DNA from: Macrostomum lignano
Taxonomy: Eukaryota
Assembly: GCA_002269645.1 (NCBI GenBank)
Contig: NIVC01002196.1
Coordinates: 103,201-167,200 of the forward strand
Direction of reading: 5' to 3'
DNA length: 64,000 nucleotides
Shown here: piece after piece, positions 47,301 to 61,600 of the stretch
How positions within the stretch are numbered: the first letter of the stretch is position 1
Layout: each line of letters begins with the position of its first letter
Notes under the pieces: generated by a model
Told to the model about the DNA's origin: nothing
The model's database searches: none
What the model saw: the letters and a program-made list of their open reading frames with translations, nothing else
Program-made: the position numbers and the translations under genes

Positions 47301-50300
47301 CCCGATCTCCATCAGAACGGTCTCAATGCGCTACACCTGGCCTCGAAGGAGGGTCACACCGCTGTCGTGCGCGAGCTGCTGATGCGCAATGCCGACCCGG
47401 ATGCGTGCACCAAGAAGGGCAACACGGCGCTGCACATCGCCTGCCTGGCCGGCCAGCTCGAGGTGGTGAAACTGCTAATCGAAAAGGACGCCAAGGTGAA
47501 CTGCCAGTCGCAGAACGGATTCACTCCGCTGTACATGGCCTCCCAGGAGAACCACGTCGACGTTGTGAAGTTTCTCCTGGCCTCGGGCGCCTCGCAAACT
47601 CTGGCCACCACCGACGGATTCACGCCACTGGCTGTGGCGCTGCAGCAGGGCCACGAGAAGGTCGTCGCCATCCTGTTGGAGAACGACAGTCGCGGCCGCT
47701 CTCGCATGCCGGCTCTACACGTTGCTGCCAAGAAGGACGACGTCCGTTCAGCAACGCTGCTTCTGACGTCGGACAGCAACCCGAACCATCAGGCTGGCAG
47801 CGGCTTCACCGCGCTGCACATCGCCGCGCACTACGGCTCGCTGGGCGTGGCTGCTCTGCTCATCGAGAAGGGCGCCGATGTGAATTTCCAGGTGAGTGAG
47901 GAAGTTAATCTGACTGACAGCCTCAAGTGGCATGAGTTCTGAGGTTTTCCAAACCTAATATGCTCAGGTGCATTGAGGTTGAAGGCTCAATCACGTCACT
48001 TGTATCTGTTGCGAGCTGTTTGATCACGCAAGAATTGGCTTCATTCTGTTGCAGTAGGCACTAGCCTTCAGGTTGGCAGTGTTCGGCCTTGCTGCAAACT
48101 TGAGGCTTCTTCATGACGCCAATGTTGGCGCGATTACATGAACAAATCTGAAGCTTGCGCATCCGATCCATCTTGTCAAATGTTAGCTTAGTGATGGCTG
48201 TGCTAGGAGCTACTAAGCCTTGACTTAGGCCAAGCTTGTGGGCAGAGCTGCTTCGCATCGTTAACGTGTGGAGGAGGACCCGGGCCCGTGTTATTAGAAA
48301 GACACTTCAAGACTCTTGAAGTTCGGGGGCAAGGAGTCCGATCATATATAAAAGAGACGGATTCTACTTACATTAGTTTTATAAACTTTTGACTCTTGAC
48401 TGCTAGTTCCTAGCTTCACAGCACGGGACTTCGTGATTGATTCCAGGTGTGTCCACACAATAGAAAGTCCAAACTTTTAGAGTAGTAACATTGGGTTTTT
48501 CTGGCTCATTTAACGACTCCGATGGCCGACGCCTTGAGGCACGGCTATTGTGTACTTTCCTGAAAACTAGACAGCAAAGGAACTCTGTACACCCCGGGAG
48601 AGTGCGGTGAGAACTGTTTGCACAAAGTGACCGAAGGTGTTGCGCACAACGAATGCAGATTTTATTTATATGGCTAAACAAGCATTCAATTGCTCGAACT
48701 CCAAGGCTCGGAACAACATCACACCGCTGCACGTGGCCGCCAAGTGGGGCATGCTTCCGGTGGTGCAGAAGCTGCTGGAACACGGCGCCGAGGTCGACTG
48801 CAAAACCCGGGACGGCCTCACGCCGTTGCACTGCGCATCCCGCTCCGGCCAGTACGCCGTGGTCGACCAGCTGCTGGGCAGTAACGCCAGCTTCGGGCTG
48901 AAGTCGCGCAGCGGCCTGAGCCCTCTGCACATGGCCACTCAGGGCGACCACGTTGACTGCGCCCGGCTGCTGCTGACCCGGGGAGCCAACTTAGACGACA
49001 CCACCATCGACCTGCTGACGCCGCTGCATGTTGCCGCCCACTGCGGCTACACCCGCGTGGCCAAGCTGCTGCTGGACCACCGCTGCATGGTCAACGCCCG
49101 GGCTCTGAACGGCTTCACGCCGCTGCACATCGCGTGCAAGAAGAATCGCATCCGGGTCATCGAGCTGCTGCTGCAGTTCGGCTGCGCTGTAGAGGCGGCT
49201 ACGGAGTCCGGGCTGACGCCGCTGCACGTGGCCGCCTTCATGGGGCACAACAGCGTCGCGTTGCTTCTGCTGCAGCACGGCGCGAACGTAAACAGCCTCA
49301 CCGTGCGGACGGAGACGCCACTTCATCTGTCCGTGCGCAGCGGTCAGCTGGAAGCGTCACGTGCGCTTCTGCGCTGCGGCGCCCAGCCGGACGCTCGGGC
49401 TAAGGATAACCAGACGCCGCTGCATGTAGCCAGCCGGCTGGGCAACGCGGAGATCGTGGCGCTGCTGCTTCAGTCTGGCGCCAGTCCGGACGCCACCTGC
49501 AAGGACAACTACACGGCGCTGCACGTGGCTGCCAGGGAAGGTCACGAAGAGGTGAGAAAATTCGCTCGCTTTCTAAACTCAGGGATCAAATGCTACTTTT
49601 ATTTTCATCAAAATTTCTCTCCCCTAGGTCGCCACCCTGCTGTTGGACCACAAGGCCAGCCTACAGCTGACCACAAAGAAAGGCGCCACGCCGTTGCACA
49701 ACGCCGCCAAGTACGACAAAGCCGGAGTCGCTAAAGTGCTGCTAAGCCGCGGGGCCGATCCGAACGCGCGCGGTCGCAATGGCTTGACGCCGCTGCATCT
49801 GGCCGCGCACTACAACCGCACGGCAGTCACCGCCACGCTGCTGGAGGCCAAGGCCAACCCGAACTGCGTAGCCAGCAATGGCTACACTCCGCTGCACATC
49901 GCGTCCAGGAAGAACCACCTGGACCTGGCTGGTCAGCTGCTCTCTGCTGGCGCCAATCCTCGCGCCGAATCCAAGAGCGGCTTCGCTCCGTTGCACCTGG
50001 CCGCTCAAGAGGGCCGCGCCGAGATGTGCGCTCTGCTGTGCTCTCGCGGCGCCGGCGTCGACCAGGCATCGCACAATGGCATCACACCTTTGCACCTGGC
50101 CGCCCAGGAGGACAGGGTGCCAGCAGCAGAGGTGCTGGTTGTGCAGCACGGAGGGCAGGTGGACCCGCACACCAAGGCTGGCTACACGCCCCTGCACACC
50201 GCGAGCTTCTTCGGACAGGCGGCAATGGTGAAGTTCCTGCTGCGCCAGGGTGCGGGGGCCAACGCACTGACCCAGCAGCAGTTCACGCCGCTGCACGTAG

Positions 50301-53300
50301 CCGCTCAGCAGGGACACCTGCAGGTGGTTTCGCTGCTGCTGGAGGCCGGAGCCGATCCCAACTTGAGGAATTCGGTGAGCTCGCGCTTCACAACGCTTAT
50401 CTCTTTCTTTTGGTCCTGAAGTTTAATGCCTGACTGAAGCATGTCACCGCAGTATGTTCCTGTTCTGGGTAGCATTATAGCCATGAGGGATGGGAATTAG
50501 CACATTAGGACCCATACTCTACTATTTCAGACAGCAGGTGTGCTGGCTGTATTCTGAACCGATCCGTGCGAAAGGAGACCTTGGCTTGGCCAAGGCGAAA
50601 GGCGAAAATTTCAGGCCAAATGTATTACCGCGTGACGCAGGGCGAAGTTGCTCTGCTGTTGCTTCCCTATTTTCCAGTCTAGAAAATGTAAATGCCTTGC
50701 CTGCTGACCCTCGCCTTTTTCTCTTTTTCCCGAGGCAGTCAGTCAGCTGTCCTCGACATCAGGCTGCTTCTGAACTGAAGGAAGGGACGAGCGAGCAAAA
50801 TCTCCTTCCCGATATGCTGCTACCGACCCTGTCACTCTCATCCTGAACCGTCTCCCACTTTCTTTTTTGCATGCATCATAAAGAGAGGGGACGACGCAGG
50901 CACACTGTAAACAGAAACTAAACGGGATGAGGGACTTCCTTCACCCGTCGAACAGCTTCAGCGGTAGCCTTTTTCCCTTTCCGGGTCTTCTTGCCGGTCT
51001 TGTGGCTTCAATCTTCAATGCTGTGGGAGAATTGGCTTCATTTTGTTTTTACTGTTCTAATAACGTGAGCAGTTTAATTTGTAGTGGGTTGTTCTCCGTG
51101 TTATTGTAGTAGTAGGTTGTCTTCCCTGTCCTTGTAGCAGTGGGTTGCCTTCCCTATCCTTGTAGCAGTGGGTTGTCTTCCCTGTTCTTGTAGCAGTGGG
51201 TTGTCTTCCCTATCCTTGTAGCAGTGGGTTGTCTTCCCTGTTCTTGTAGCAGTGGGTTGTCTTCCCTGTCCTTGTAGCAGTGGGTTGCCTTCCCTATCCT
51301 TGTAGCAGTGGGTTGCCTTCCCTATCCTTGTAGCAGTGGGTTGTCTTCCCTGTTCTTGTAGCAGTGGGTTGTCTTCCCTGTCCTTGTAGCAGTGGGTTGC
51401 CTTCCCTATCCTTGTAGCAGTGGGTTGTCTGATGTTCTTGTAGCAGTGGGTTGTCTGATGTTCTTGTAGCAGTGGGTTGTCTTCCCTGTCCTTGTAGCAG
51501 TGGGTTGCCTTCCCTATCCTTGTAGCAGTGGGTTGCCTTCCCTATCCTTGTAGTAGTGGGTTGTCTTCCCTGTTCTTGTAGCAGTGGGTTGTCTTCCCTG
51601 TTCTTGTAGCAGTGGGTTGTCTTCCCTGTCCTTGTAGCAGTGGGTTGTCTTCCCTGTTCTTCTAGTAGTGGGTTGTCTTCAATGTTCTGTAGTAGATTTC
51701 TTCTAGCTTGGTTTCTTTTCCAGCCAAGACGCATTGAATGATTCCAAACTGGCAAAACCTGAACCTCCATTCCATGCAGCGCAACTGGACCCCGGCCCAC
51801 ATCGCCAAGAAGCAAAACTACATCAACATCTTCGAGCTGCTTCGTCGCGTGACCACCATCATCGAAAACTGGGAGGAGGAGATCATCCTCGAGGAGACCA
51901 TCGAGATCAGCAAGCCGGACACCGTGGCCGAGCACGTCATGTCCGAGTCAGATGACGAAGCCGGTGAGTTATTGAAATCAGGATCAGGAAGGGTCTTGAT
52001 AGGGCGCTCTGCGGTAAAAGGCATCTTGGACGATTTTCTTCACGCTACAATATCTAACAGGAATAGTTAATGCCAGGGGAGCATTCCGCCAGACAGAATA
52101 GGGAATACGGGAAAGAGGATGCACCGCTATATTGCGTTCAATCCTGATTTCGGGAATAGCAAGGCGTGGCATTCAATCCCGACGTGCCTTCACCGCCGGG
52201 TCGGCAAAGCTGCTTGCGGATTATTAAAACCCCAACCCCGACCAGACCTGTCCATCATTTCTCCCGATGAGCCGTGTCAGCTGTTCCGTGTCCTTTTTTG
52301 CCTCCACTACTCTTTACTCTGAGAAAGTTTCTCACAGGTTGTTTTCTGGGGCGTCGGCCATGGATTTTATGGTGGGGTAACAAAGCCAAAAGATTTTACA
52401 TGTACAGGTAAATGACGAAATTCCTACATGTACATTATTTTGAGAATCGGTGTTGTCAGCACTGATTTTAGCGCAGCGAACACTCGTTTTAGCGCCGCAG
52501 GAGCTATTTTAGCGCCGTGAAACAAAATTAATAATTTCCCACAACGGGTCACAAGATGGGGGTGGGGAGGACAAAGAATTGTCATGTCCCCCCATCGCTT
52601 TTACTGGCCATGTCCATGGCCAAAGACAAGCATCTCCACTAAAATCATCTGTTTTTTGCAGTCGCCAGGCTCCCAAATTTATTAAAAAGCGAGCGTCAAG
52701 TGTCGTCAAACCTGACAGACGGTATTTTTATTTAGCTTTCGAATTTTTCTTACATTAAAACTAGTTTTAATTGCTTCGGTATCGTCAGCACACAGGTTAT
52801 CCGGTTGAATGCTATTTAAATTTTTTACTCTCGAGTTTCCTATTCCTGAATTCGGAAAACCATATATAAGCTACTATGAGTAGAGTAGCACGTGTGAGTA
52901 AATTGTCAGTAAAACTGCGAATCGACACCCGTTGTAAACTTCGAAGCGACCATGCCGAGGCCCCGACTGAAGGACTGGGCCTCCCGCCCCGAGCACCAGC
53001 AGCTGGACTCTGTGCTGGAGGACGGCAGTCGGCTCAATGCGACCACCCTGATGCGCTCGGACTCTTACAATGAGTGGAGCAGCAGCGCCGACTATCTCAA
53101 GGATGAGATGCAGTACACCACCGGCAGGCTGGGTACTTTTAAGCTCGAACTGGCGCTGACTAAATATAGCAAGCTTAACACGACCAGCAATGATTGTTTT
53201 TCTCTAAAAATCTAATCAAGGATAGACACGTATTTTTAGAAAAAAATGCGGAATGATTGACACCTGCTGGACAGTTTAAATTGCCGAAATCAAGTTTAGT

Positions 53301-56300
53301 GCTAAAACAATAATTAAAATTCACTGACGATCAAACAAATTAGTAATCTAACCAAAATAATAATAATAATTAACACACCAATAATCGACTTAAAATCTGT
53401 GATAGATGCATAACCTACTGCGCATTGTGCTCCGCTCTACTGACGAGTAGTCATTGGCGTGTATGGTGTGGTTAATAAAAAACATTAATTTCAAGAGTTT
53501 GGCGATATAAAGTAAACAAACGTAACCCAGCTCTGCACTCTTAAAAATACATAATAACATTGATGCAGAAACCATCAACCAAATTTGGCTTTACCTCCCG
53601 AAAACGCGACCGACCAACCGCAGAGTCGGTGATTGAGGCCACGGGCCCCAGCCAGCAGGAAGACGAGAGCATGCAACCGGCTGGCAGCACAGAGCTGCTC
53701 CTCACCAGCCCGTTCTACGCTTCCACAGTCAGCAATTTGGCTCTGCAGCAGCCGCAGCAGCAGCCAACAATTCCCGAAGAGGGATCGGCTGTAGATGGAG
53801 AAGACAACGATGATGAGGATGACGTGTTTGTCACCCAGCCGCAGCAGGCACCGCCAGTAGACAAGCAATTAGTTGTCGAAGCTGCCGGACTTGACGCTAA
53901 ATTTGAAGCGGAAGCTGCTGGTCAGGCTGAGGAAGATGGGATACCGGTTGCTGACGAGGTTCCAACGAATCAGAGTGTGCCGAAGCTGCAGCCGCCTTCT
54001 ACTCCAAATCCGCCCAAAGACAAAGATCAATTGGAGCCAGTGCCTTTCATCGGTAAACAACCAGCTGATGCAGTTTGCAGAGTGCTAACCAAGCTAACAG
54101 CGCTGCTGGCAGGAGCTAACAACGGGCGCCAGGTGCTCTTAACATTCCCGATTGAGCTGAAATGAACGCGAATTGGATGGGTCACTTGAATTAAATAACA
54201 ATTAAGCAAATTACCCGTACATATTTAATTCCCCATGTAACTACGCTCGTAAAAAGCCTTTCTAAAATTAGATTCCAAAATATTCGGTGCCTAACCCATC
54301 TACGATAATCTTTCAATAACATAATCTGTGTACCGCTAACCTGTTACGCAACACATAAATGGCTCTCTGTGTGTTACCCCACCCCACGATTTCCCGAAAA
54401 TAATACGCTATGCACAAAAATTCCCGTCGCGCATCGAACCCAGCGCAACAGTCGGACGACTTCACCCAGCTGCCCGCGTCGCCCATATTCTCCCGTCCGG
54501 ACGAGTCCGCCTCGGAGCGTCCGGCGGTTGGTCGGGCCTCGTCAGCCGGCTCCGAGACAAGGCGACAAGTGGTGACAGCCGTTGCATCATCGCGACCTGG
54601 TAAAGTCCCAGCAGTGGCGGCATCATCAGCATCAAGAATCCTATCAACTTAGTCCCGCCCGTCACGATTTGCATGGTCTTTATTGAGGTGTCCATGCTTG
54701 CTGCTATTGTGTCTCGTCAAATTGTTGCCAAACCTCCGTTTGAGAAGGAAACACCCGAGGCAGCTGTGCGCCTCCGTGTGGAATTCCTAAACAGTTTCGT
54801 GGCGTGGCGTACTTTTAGTTTTGTTAATGTCGAGAGATGAGTTCTTTAAGCCGCTTGCAGCTGAACAACTTGATGTGTGTAACAACTCAGGATTTTAGAG
54901 TTAAATTTGCATGAAATGACGCTGCGGTGACAGTTTTTTGCTTGATTTTCTGTAGCCATCAACAAGTTTTTTTCTGCACAGTCGATGTTGAGCAGGGATA
55001 AGATAATTGGCTTGATTTTATCGTGATTATTTTACATTAAAATTTAATCAATATCGCAACTTGCACAGCCTGATTTGCTAAAAATTGATTGTACACTTCA
55101 GCAACAAGCAAAGTTTGCTGTTCTTTGATCCAAACTATTGGTTTCTACATGGAGAAATCTTGATTAGACTCAACCGCTGCATTTGCAGGCGACGCAGCCA
55201 GCGTGGACGAGACCACAAATGACATCGAAAAGATTGGAACTCTGTCATCGCAAAAGGTGAGTGGCCGATGGTTTCGTTAGAGTTCCCTGGCTTTAGCGGG
55301 TGCATAGACCAAAGCGTGTCAAAAAGGTCAGATTTGTGCTGTTGAATCTGCAGCTTTGCTTACATTTTGCATGTGTCATGATACCATAATTGTGTACTTT
55401 CTCTCAGTTCGCGTACAGACTTGGTCTGGAAATCTGTCAGGCAGTGAAACTGCACGTTCAATTATTAGAATTTGAAGAAAAACAAAATGCCAACCTCTGC
55501 CAACGTGTGCAGGAGTCGGCCGTAATGGAGCAGATCGAGCCCAGCTCCTACATGAGCCAGTACAAGGAGCCCGAGACGCTGACGCCGCCGGAGAACTACA
55601 TCACTGGACGAGACAATGTGCCGCCTCAGCGGGTACCCGTGGTGTCGGGGTGAGCGGGACCTTTTTCCTACTATTGGACTAACAATTGCCAACCTAATAC
55701 AGTGTTAGGTAGCCAAAGCTTAGATGACACTCTTATATCAGACACACTATCTGACATCGGAAAATCTGACAGTCAAATGTCGTCTTGCAACTGTCCTAAT
55801 ATTTGACGTCCGAATGTCTGACACTTTAGCTTGTAGCATTCCTAGAACTCCTGATAACCCCTACATCTATTGTCAGATCTACATGCCTGCATATCGAGCC
55901 GATATCTATGAGTGTTGCTTGGAATCGCGGTGAAAATTTCCCAATCAATTGGCTCAAATTGTGCCTCGATCAACTAAAATGAATGACTCACCCAGCTGGA
56001 AGTGATCTAGGGGTCCAGACTCGATTCTTGAAGAGCCTAGTACTCTCTGACAAGCCATTTCTCGGTCAGTAAGTCTCTCCCCGATCCCTTCGGACTACTC
56101 CTAGGCTTTCCGGTGGGACAAAATCCTGCGCTAGATTGATTGACTGACGGCTTTCCAACAAGAGAGTAAACTGGTTTTGCGGCAAGGAGTGTACGCTCTG
56201 TTTCCATAACTTCCTACTGGCATCGCAACCCCAATAACCCTCTTCCCCAGTGCTCCACTCAGTGAAGGGGAGGGGGAGCGGAGTGTTTCCGAGACTTTTT

Positions 56301-58582
56301 TCTCCCCGTCTAAAAAGAAGGATTCACATTGTGCTGGAGCTCCCCCCAAAATAATTGGACCTCGGGGTGTGTGCGTGTGTGTGTGTGTGCAGCTTATTTT
56401 CGGCTCGGGAAAGGCCGGTTTTTTTAAAAGCTCCCGGATGTACATTGGCCCGGGCCCCCGCTCCCGGGGCCATCTAAGCTCCAATCCCCCGTTTTACGAG
56501 CGTATTTCAACCCCCAGACGGGGGGGGGAACCCGAAGCCGTGACACGAAGCACACAATTTTTTAATAATGGCCGCTAAATACCCGTCTAGCACTAGGTGA
56601 TCGCTGAAATACCGGTAATTACCTGTGCAAAAAAGCAGGATGCCAAGTCCAAGTGCTGTTGAACAGCCAGAAACAGCTGCTTTGGCAGCTGTCGCCCACA
56701 AGACTGGTTGGTAAGTTTTATTATATAAGCAGAGCAGCGGCTTCTGTTTGATCTACTTAAAGATTCAAATCCTTTATAACTGAAGATCTGGGATTGCTAA
56801 GATGCGTGATAAATACTTATTGGAACTTGAAGGCTGATTGTCTTTAAACTGAACGACTAGAAATCCCTTAGTACTAAAATCCTAAGAAAAGGAATTCCTA
56901 ATATCATACATCAATACATGCTTGTATCGATCCCATCCTAGGTCCCATCCCTGCTTTGGGACCTAGAATCCCCTGAGATCGAGAAAAGAGAATTCGAATT
57001 TCTGGAATGGGACCTAGATTTCTGGAATTCCCTGCAGTGGGATCTGGAACCCCCGAGATTGATTTATGGTAATTGGAATCTTTAAAACTGATGGGCTTCA
57101 AATCTCTGTGAACTACGAACTACGAACTACGAACTACGTACCTTTATTTTAACCTGGAATTCTTGGACATGCAATTCTCAGAACCTGGGACCTGGATTCC
57201 TTCCTTTCCTTTCCTTTCTGGAGTTTCTGGGATGCCAGGGCAGGGATGGGAGTTATGGGGCCTGTATTCCTTTCTGAAGTCCTTGGGATGCATGGGACCT
57301 GGATTCCTTCTTGGAGTTCCTGGGATGGGACCTGGATTCCCTCCTGGAGTTCCTGGGATGGGACCTGGATTCCTTCCCCGAGTCTTTGGGATGGGACTTT
57401 GAATCTCTCAAGATTCAAGACTTCGCCCTTCTCTGTTGGCCCAGTAGCCGATAAAAAGCAACTCCCCATCTTCATGCGCCTAAGAAACCGTCTGAAAAAA
57501 CTGAGTCAGGGCCAGACACCTTACTTAAAGAATCAGACATTGCTGCCCCATTCCCAAACCGACAATGAGATTCTGCTTAGCAGCAGCAGTTAAAACAAAC
57601 TGCCCAATTCCGGAATCGATAGTACCGCACGCCTCTGGCAATCGGTCAGAAGATTACTGTTTGTACAGGCCGCAATTCCAATCAGTGCTGCAGTTAGCTG
57701 GTCCCCCTTGAATAATTTGCTGCAGCAGTACGCTTGTCTGCAGCAGTTCAGCTCGGGACAGAGTTAACAGGCAGACAGGCAGGATAGAGGGTGGAGAGAG
57801 AGAGAGAGCTTCAGAGAAAGCTGTTGTGTGTGTCTGTGTGTGGCTAATCTGTGCTGAACGGGCAGAGGCCCAAGCGCCATCATCTCGCAGACTGATAGAT
57901 AGCTCTGTTCGTTCAGTTCAGCCCACTTGTTGCGCGTTTATTTTCTTTCGCATCGGATTTGCCAAGCCCAGCCCATGCAGTCCAGTCCAGGACTCTGCCT
58001 CGCCCGTTCAGAAAGCCAGTGCAAAAAGCTGCATGGCGATTCGCAGTTGCTCATTGGTCCTTGTGTTCGTTGAAGGCTCCTTGCTGAAGAGAACCGAAGG
58101 CTTGGGGTGGCAAATCGAATAACAAAAGTTAGGAAATTGAAGAAGCCGATTTGATAAGCTCTGAAATTAGGATTGATTATGCAATAGAGTCCAAAACTGG
58201 CTTCAGTTGGCATCATCAGGATAAATCTAAATGATATGGGATTCATAGCGATGTTTACAGACAAAGGAGAGGAAATTTGATTGTCCCAGGCGAATAGAAA
58301 CGCCCAGCTACCTAATGCCTACCCTAGCAATATCGGTTTTCATGTCAACTTTCAACTTCAGGGTCGTAGGCTGGGGTTTTGAGAGGGATCGCTAAGGAAA
58401 CTGAAAATCCTGACAGTATTGGACATCTCGAGACCACCGTTTTAATTGGGGCTTGAGAGCACTGGCTCTACTACTGGCGACAGTCGACCGATACAGCCAG
58501 TGAGAAGGCAACGAGTCCACTGAAGCACACTCACAGCTCATTATAGACGTACGTACGTCTAACATTATATGTACGTATGCAG

Positions 58583-58621
<39 letters not shown>

Positions 58622-61600
58622 TTAGGGAATTTGGCAAAAGCTCCGCAACTCGTCTCCATTGCGTCACATTCGGTTTGGACTTGACATACGGCTTCATTTG
58701 ACAACCCTTTGCTCCAGTCCATACATGTACTCGTATTGGCAGAACTGGATTAGTCTAAACGCCTGTAGCTTTTTTAATTTACTAGAAAGCACAGCCTGAC
58801 AGAACCTCACTGATTGACTGGAACATTTCAATTTAATTTTTCAGTTTCCTCGTGTCCTTTCTGGTGGACGCTCGAGGCGGTGCTATGGACGCCTCCCGCT
58901 GGCCGGGTCTCCGCGTGGTCATCCCACCAAGCGCTGCCTCCGCGCCAACCCGCGTCACCTGTCGCCTGATGCGGCCTGGCCGAGTTGCCCGACCGCCGCA
59001 GCTAAACGACGGCGAAGGTCTCGCCTGCCGCATCATAGAGCTCGGGCCGCACAACGCTCCGTTCAACGGCCACGTGCTGCTCGAGTTGCCCCACTATGCC
59101 TCGTTGCGCGAACGCGAACGCGAGATTGTCGTGCTGCGCTCTGAGACCGGCGACACCTGGAAGGAGCACACGGTTGAGGCCACCGATCAGGCGGTCATGG
59201 ACGCCGTTGGCGGATTCTTCGGCTCCATGGAGTCCAACGAGGAGATGCGGAAAAAAGAATTATCCGCGTGCTCACCAACAGCTTCCCGCAGTACCTGGCC
59301 CTTGTTACTCGGGTGCGTCAGGAGAGCGCCCTCATCGGGCCCGAGGGCGGAGTCCTCTCATCCACGGTGGTGTCCCAGGTGCAGGCGGTGTTTCCGGAGG
59401 GCGCCCTCACCAAAAAGATCCGAGTCGCTATTCAGGCTCTACCGGTGCCTGCCGACCAGGTGACCCGCCTGCTCGGCCCCCGGCTGGCCGTGTCTCCAGT
59501 GGTGACCATCGAGCCCAGGCGGCGCAAGTTCCACAAGCCCATCACCCTCACCATCCCGCTGCCCCGGCCCGCCAGCCGCGGGGTTGCCAGTCCCGGCGAG
59601 AGCCCGACGCTGCGCCTTCTGTGCAGCATCACCGGCGGCGTCCAGCCAGCCACCTGGGAGGACATCACGGGATCCACGCCGCTTTCGTACGTCAAGGACT
59701 GCGTGTCCTTCACCACCACGGTCAGCGCTCGGTTTTGGCTGATGGACTGTCCGAACACGGCCGAGTCGGCTGACCTGGCCGGCCGGCTCTACAGGGACTC
59801 GTTCGTGGTGCCCTACATGGCACGGTTTGTCATCTACGCAAAGCGACACGAGCCCGGAGAGGCCAAGCTGAGGTGCTTCTGCATCACGGATGACAAGGTA
59901 ATAAGTTCAAGACAAAACTCAGTCTATAAAACTACTAGGGTTGTAATTCTTCAAACTGGTATTCAGTCACTCCTTCTCCCGCGACAAATCCACGCAGATG
60001 GACAAGACCCTCGAGGCTGCCGAGGGCTTCGAACGCAAGGCGGAGTCCCGCGAAGTTGAAGTTCTGGACAGCCGGCCCCAGTGGGTGGAGACGGTCGGCA
60101 ACCTGGCCGCCATCACCAAGGGCAACGAGCAGCTGTTCCTGTCGTTCAAGGCCTTCCGCGAGAATCGCTTGGCTTGCGTCGTTCGAGTTAAGGACTCGTC
60201 CCAGCCAGCCGTGGGCAAGGTGGCCTTCCTGAAGGACCCAAGGCCGACTAAGCCCACCGACAGTCCGTCGTTGAAGCCCATCTGCACTCTGGAGGTGGCT
60301 CTTCCGGACTATCAGCCTGGCGCCGAGTCCGAATCTGGCCGCCCGGCGACGCGCCAGTGGCAACCGGCACTGCCTCCGCCGCGCTCAGCCGCTCCGGGCG
60401 AGGACGCCATCGATGCGGCGAGGGACCCGCGCCTGCCGCCGCCGCCGCCGCCTCCCACAGCGGCCGAGCAGGAGCAGGCGCGCAAAGCCAAAACGGAGGC
60501 CTTCCTTGGACTGATTGAGGCCATGGACAGTCTGGTTCCGGAGCCGGATGTTCCCTCGCCAGACAGGGACCTCACTGGTGAGTTGGAGTGACTTCATCAG
60601 AAATCTAATTACTTACAAAAGTCAACTTCCAGGTCTCAAGAAACTATCCGGAAAAATTTGCAGGAGCGGTAGAAGAGGACATCCCGTTGGCAGCTCAGGA
60701 CAAGGCGCAAAATGCGGCGGGAGTTGAAGATCTTCTGTCCAAGATGGACTCGATGAAGTCAGAGTCCATGGCACCGGATTCTGACTTTCCTGATGAAGGT
60801 GAGTGAGAGAGAGAATTACTGAATTAGTGGACCAATCAGGGAGGTTGAGGCTGGAGAATATTGATTCTTAAAAGGGTCTCAGGTTGATCAGAAATTATCT
60901 AGGGTTGTAGTAGTAATCGGAGCAGATTGCACCTGTTCCTACTTGTAAGTAGTAAAGATAGAATATTTTCATGTTATTTAGATTTTATACTGCTATAGAA
61001 AAGCGATATTACACGTCACTGGCAGCTATATTCCTGTTGCAAGAACTTTAATTTTAATGACAAGCTCATGTATTCGTACCAAGTAAGGGTCTTGAACATG
61101 TTGTATAGTTTCTACAGAAAATTATGTTTATTATTTATCACGCAAGCCAAGGCTCTCTCGCTCGATTTTCTTAAACTTGGAATAGCTTCGAGTGCACCCT
61201 AAATTCTTTATACAGTTGTTTTGCCCCGGGGCTAGAATAAGTAGTTCAAATGCTGGCATTGTTGAAACAGCCCGAGGGACAGACAGACGCCCCACAGATT
61301 CTTAGAAAGGAGAGAGAGCTGGAGCGAAAATGCGCCGCAAAAATGGTCCATTATTCATGCCTCGAAGAGCACAAGTTACAGTGAGAAAGTAGCCCAGTTT
61401 CGTGCTCAGCCTAGTCTATTGTGACGGGTCTCTGTCTAGTCAGCCGTGGACAGCGTGCTGTGCTCATTCGCTCAGCTGCAGACAGCAGAGTTTGCAGCTC
61501 AGATGAGGCAGTACAATGCAAGGCTCAGTCGCAATGAGTCGTTTGTTGTTAATAAAAGCCAGCCGCTGGTTGCTGCACCCTCCATCTGTACCTTTCCAAC

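Noticed and set aside
48522-48536. ATGGCCGACGCCTTG, matching the terminus of the B/C MITE subfamily
   Set aside because: An isolated 15-mer with no partner TIR or internal homology found; may be a remnant but cannot be supported as an element.
47354-50317. Antisense and off-frame ORFs over ankyrin exons (also over mGluR and Kv1)
   Set aside because: Expected shadows of GC3-rich, internally repetitive coding sequence.
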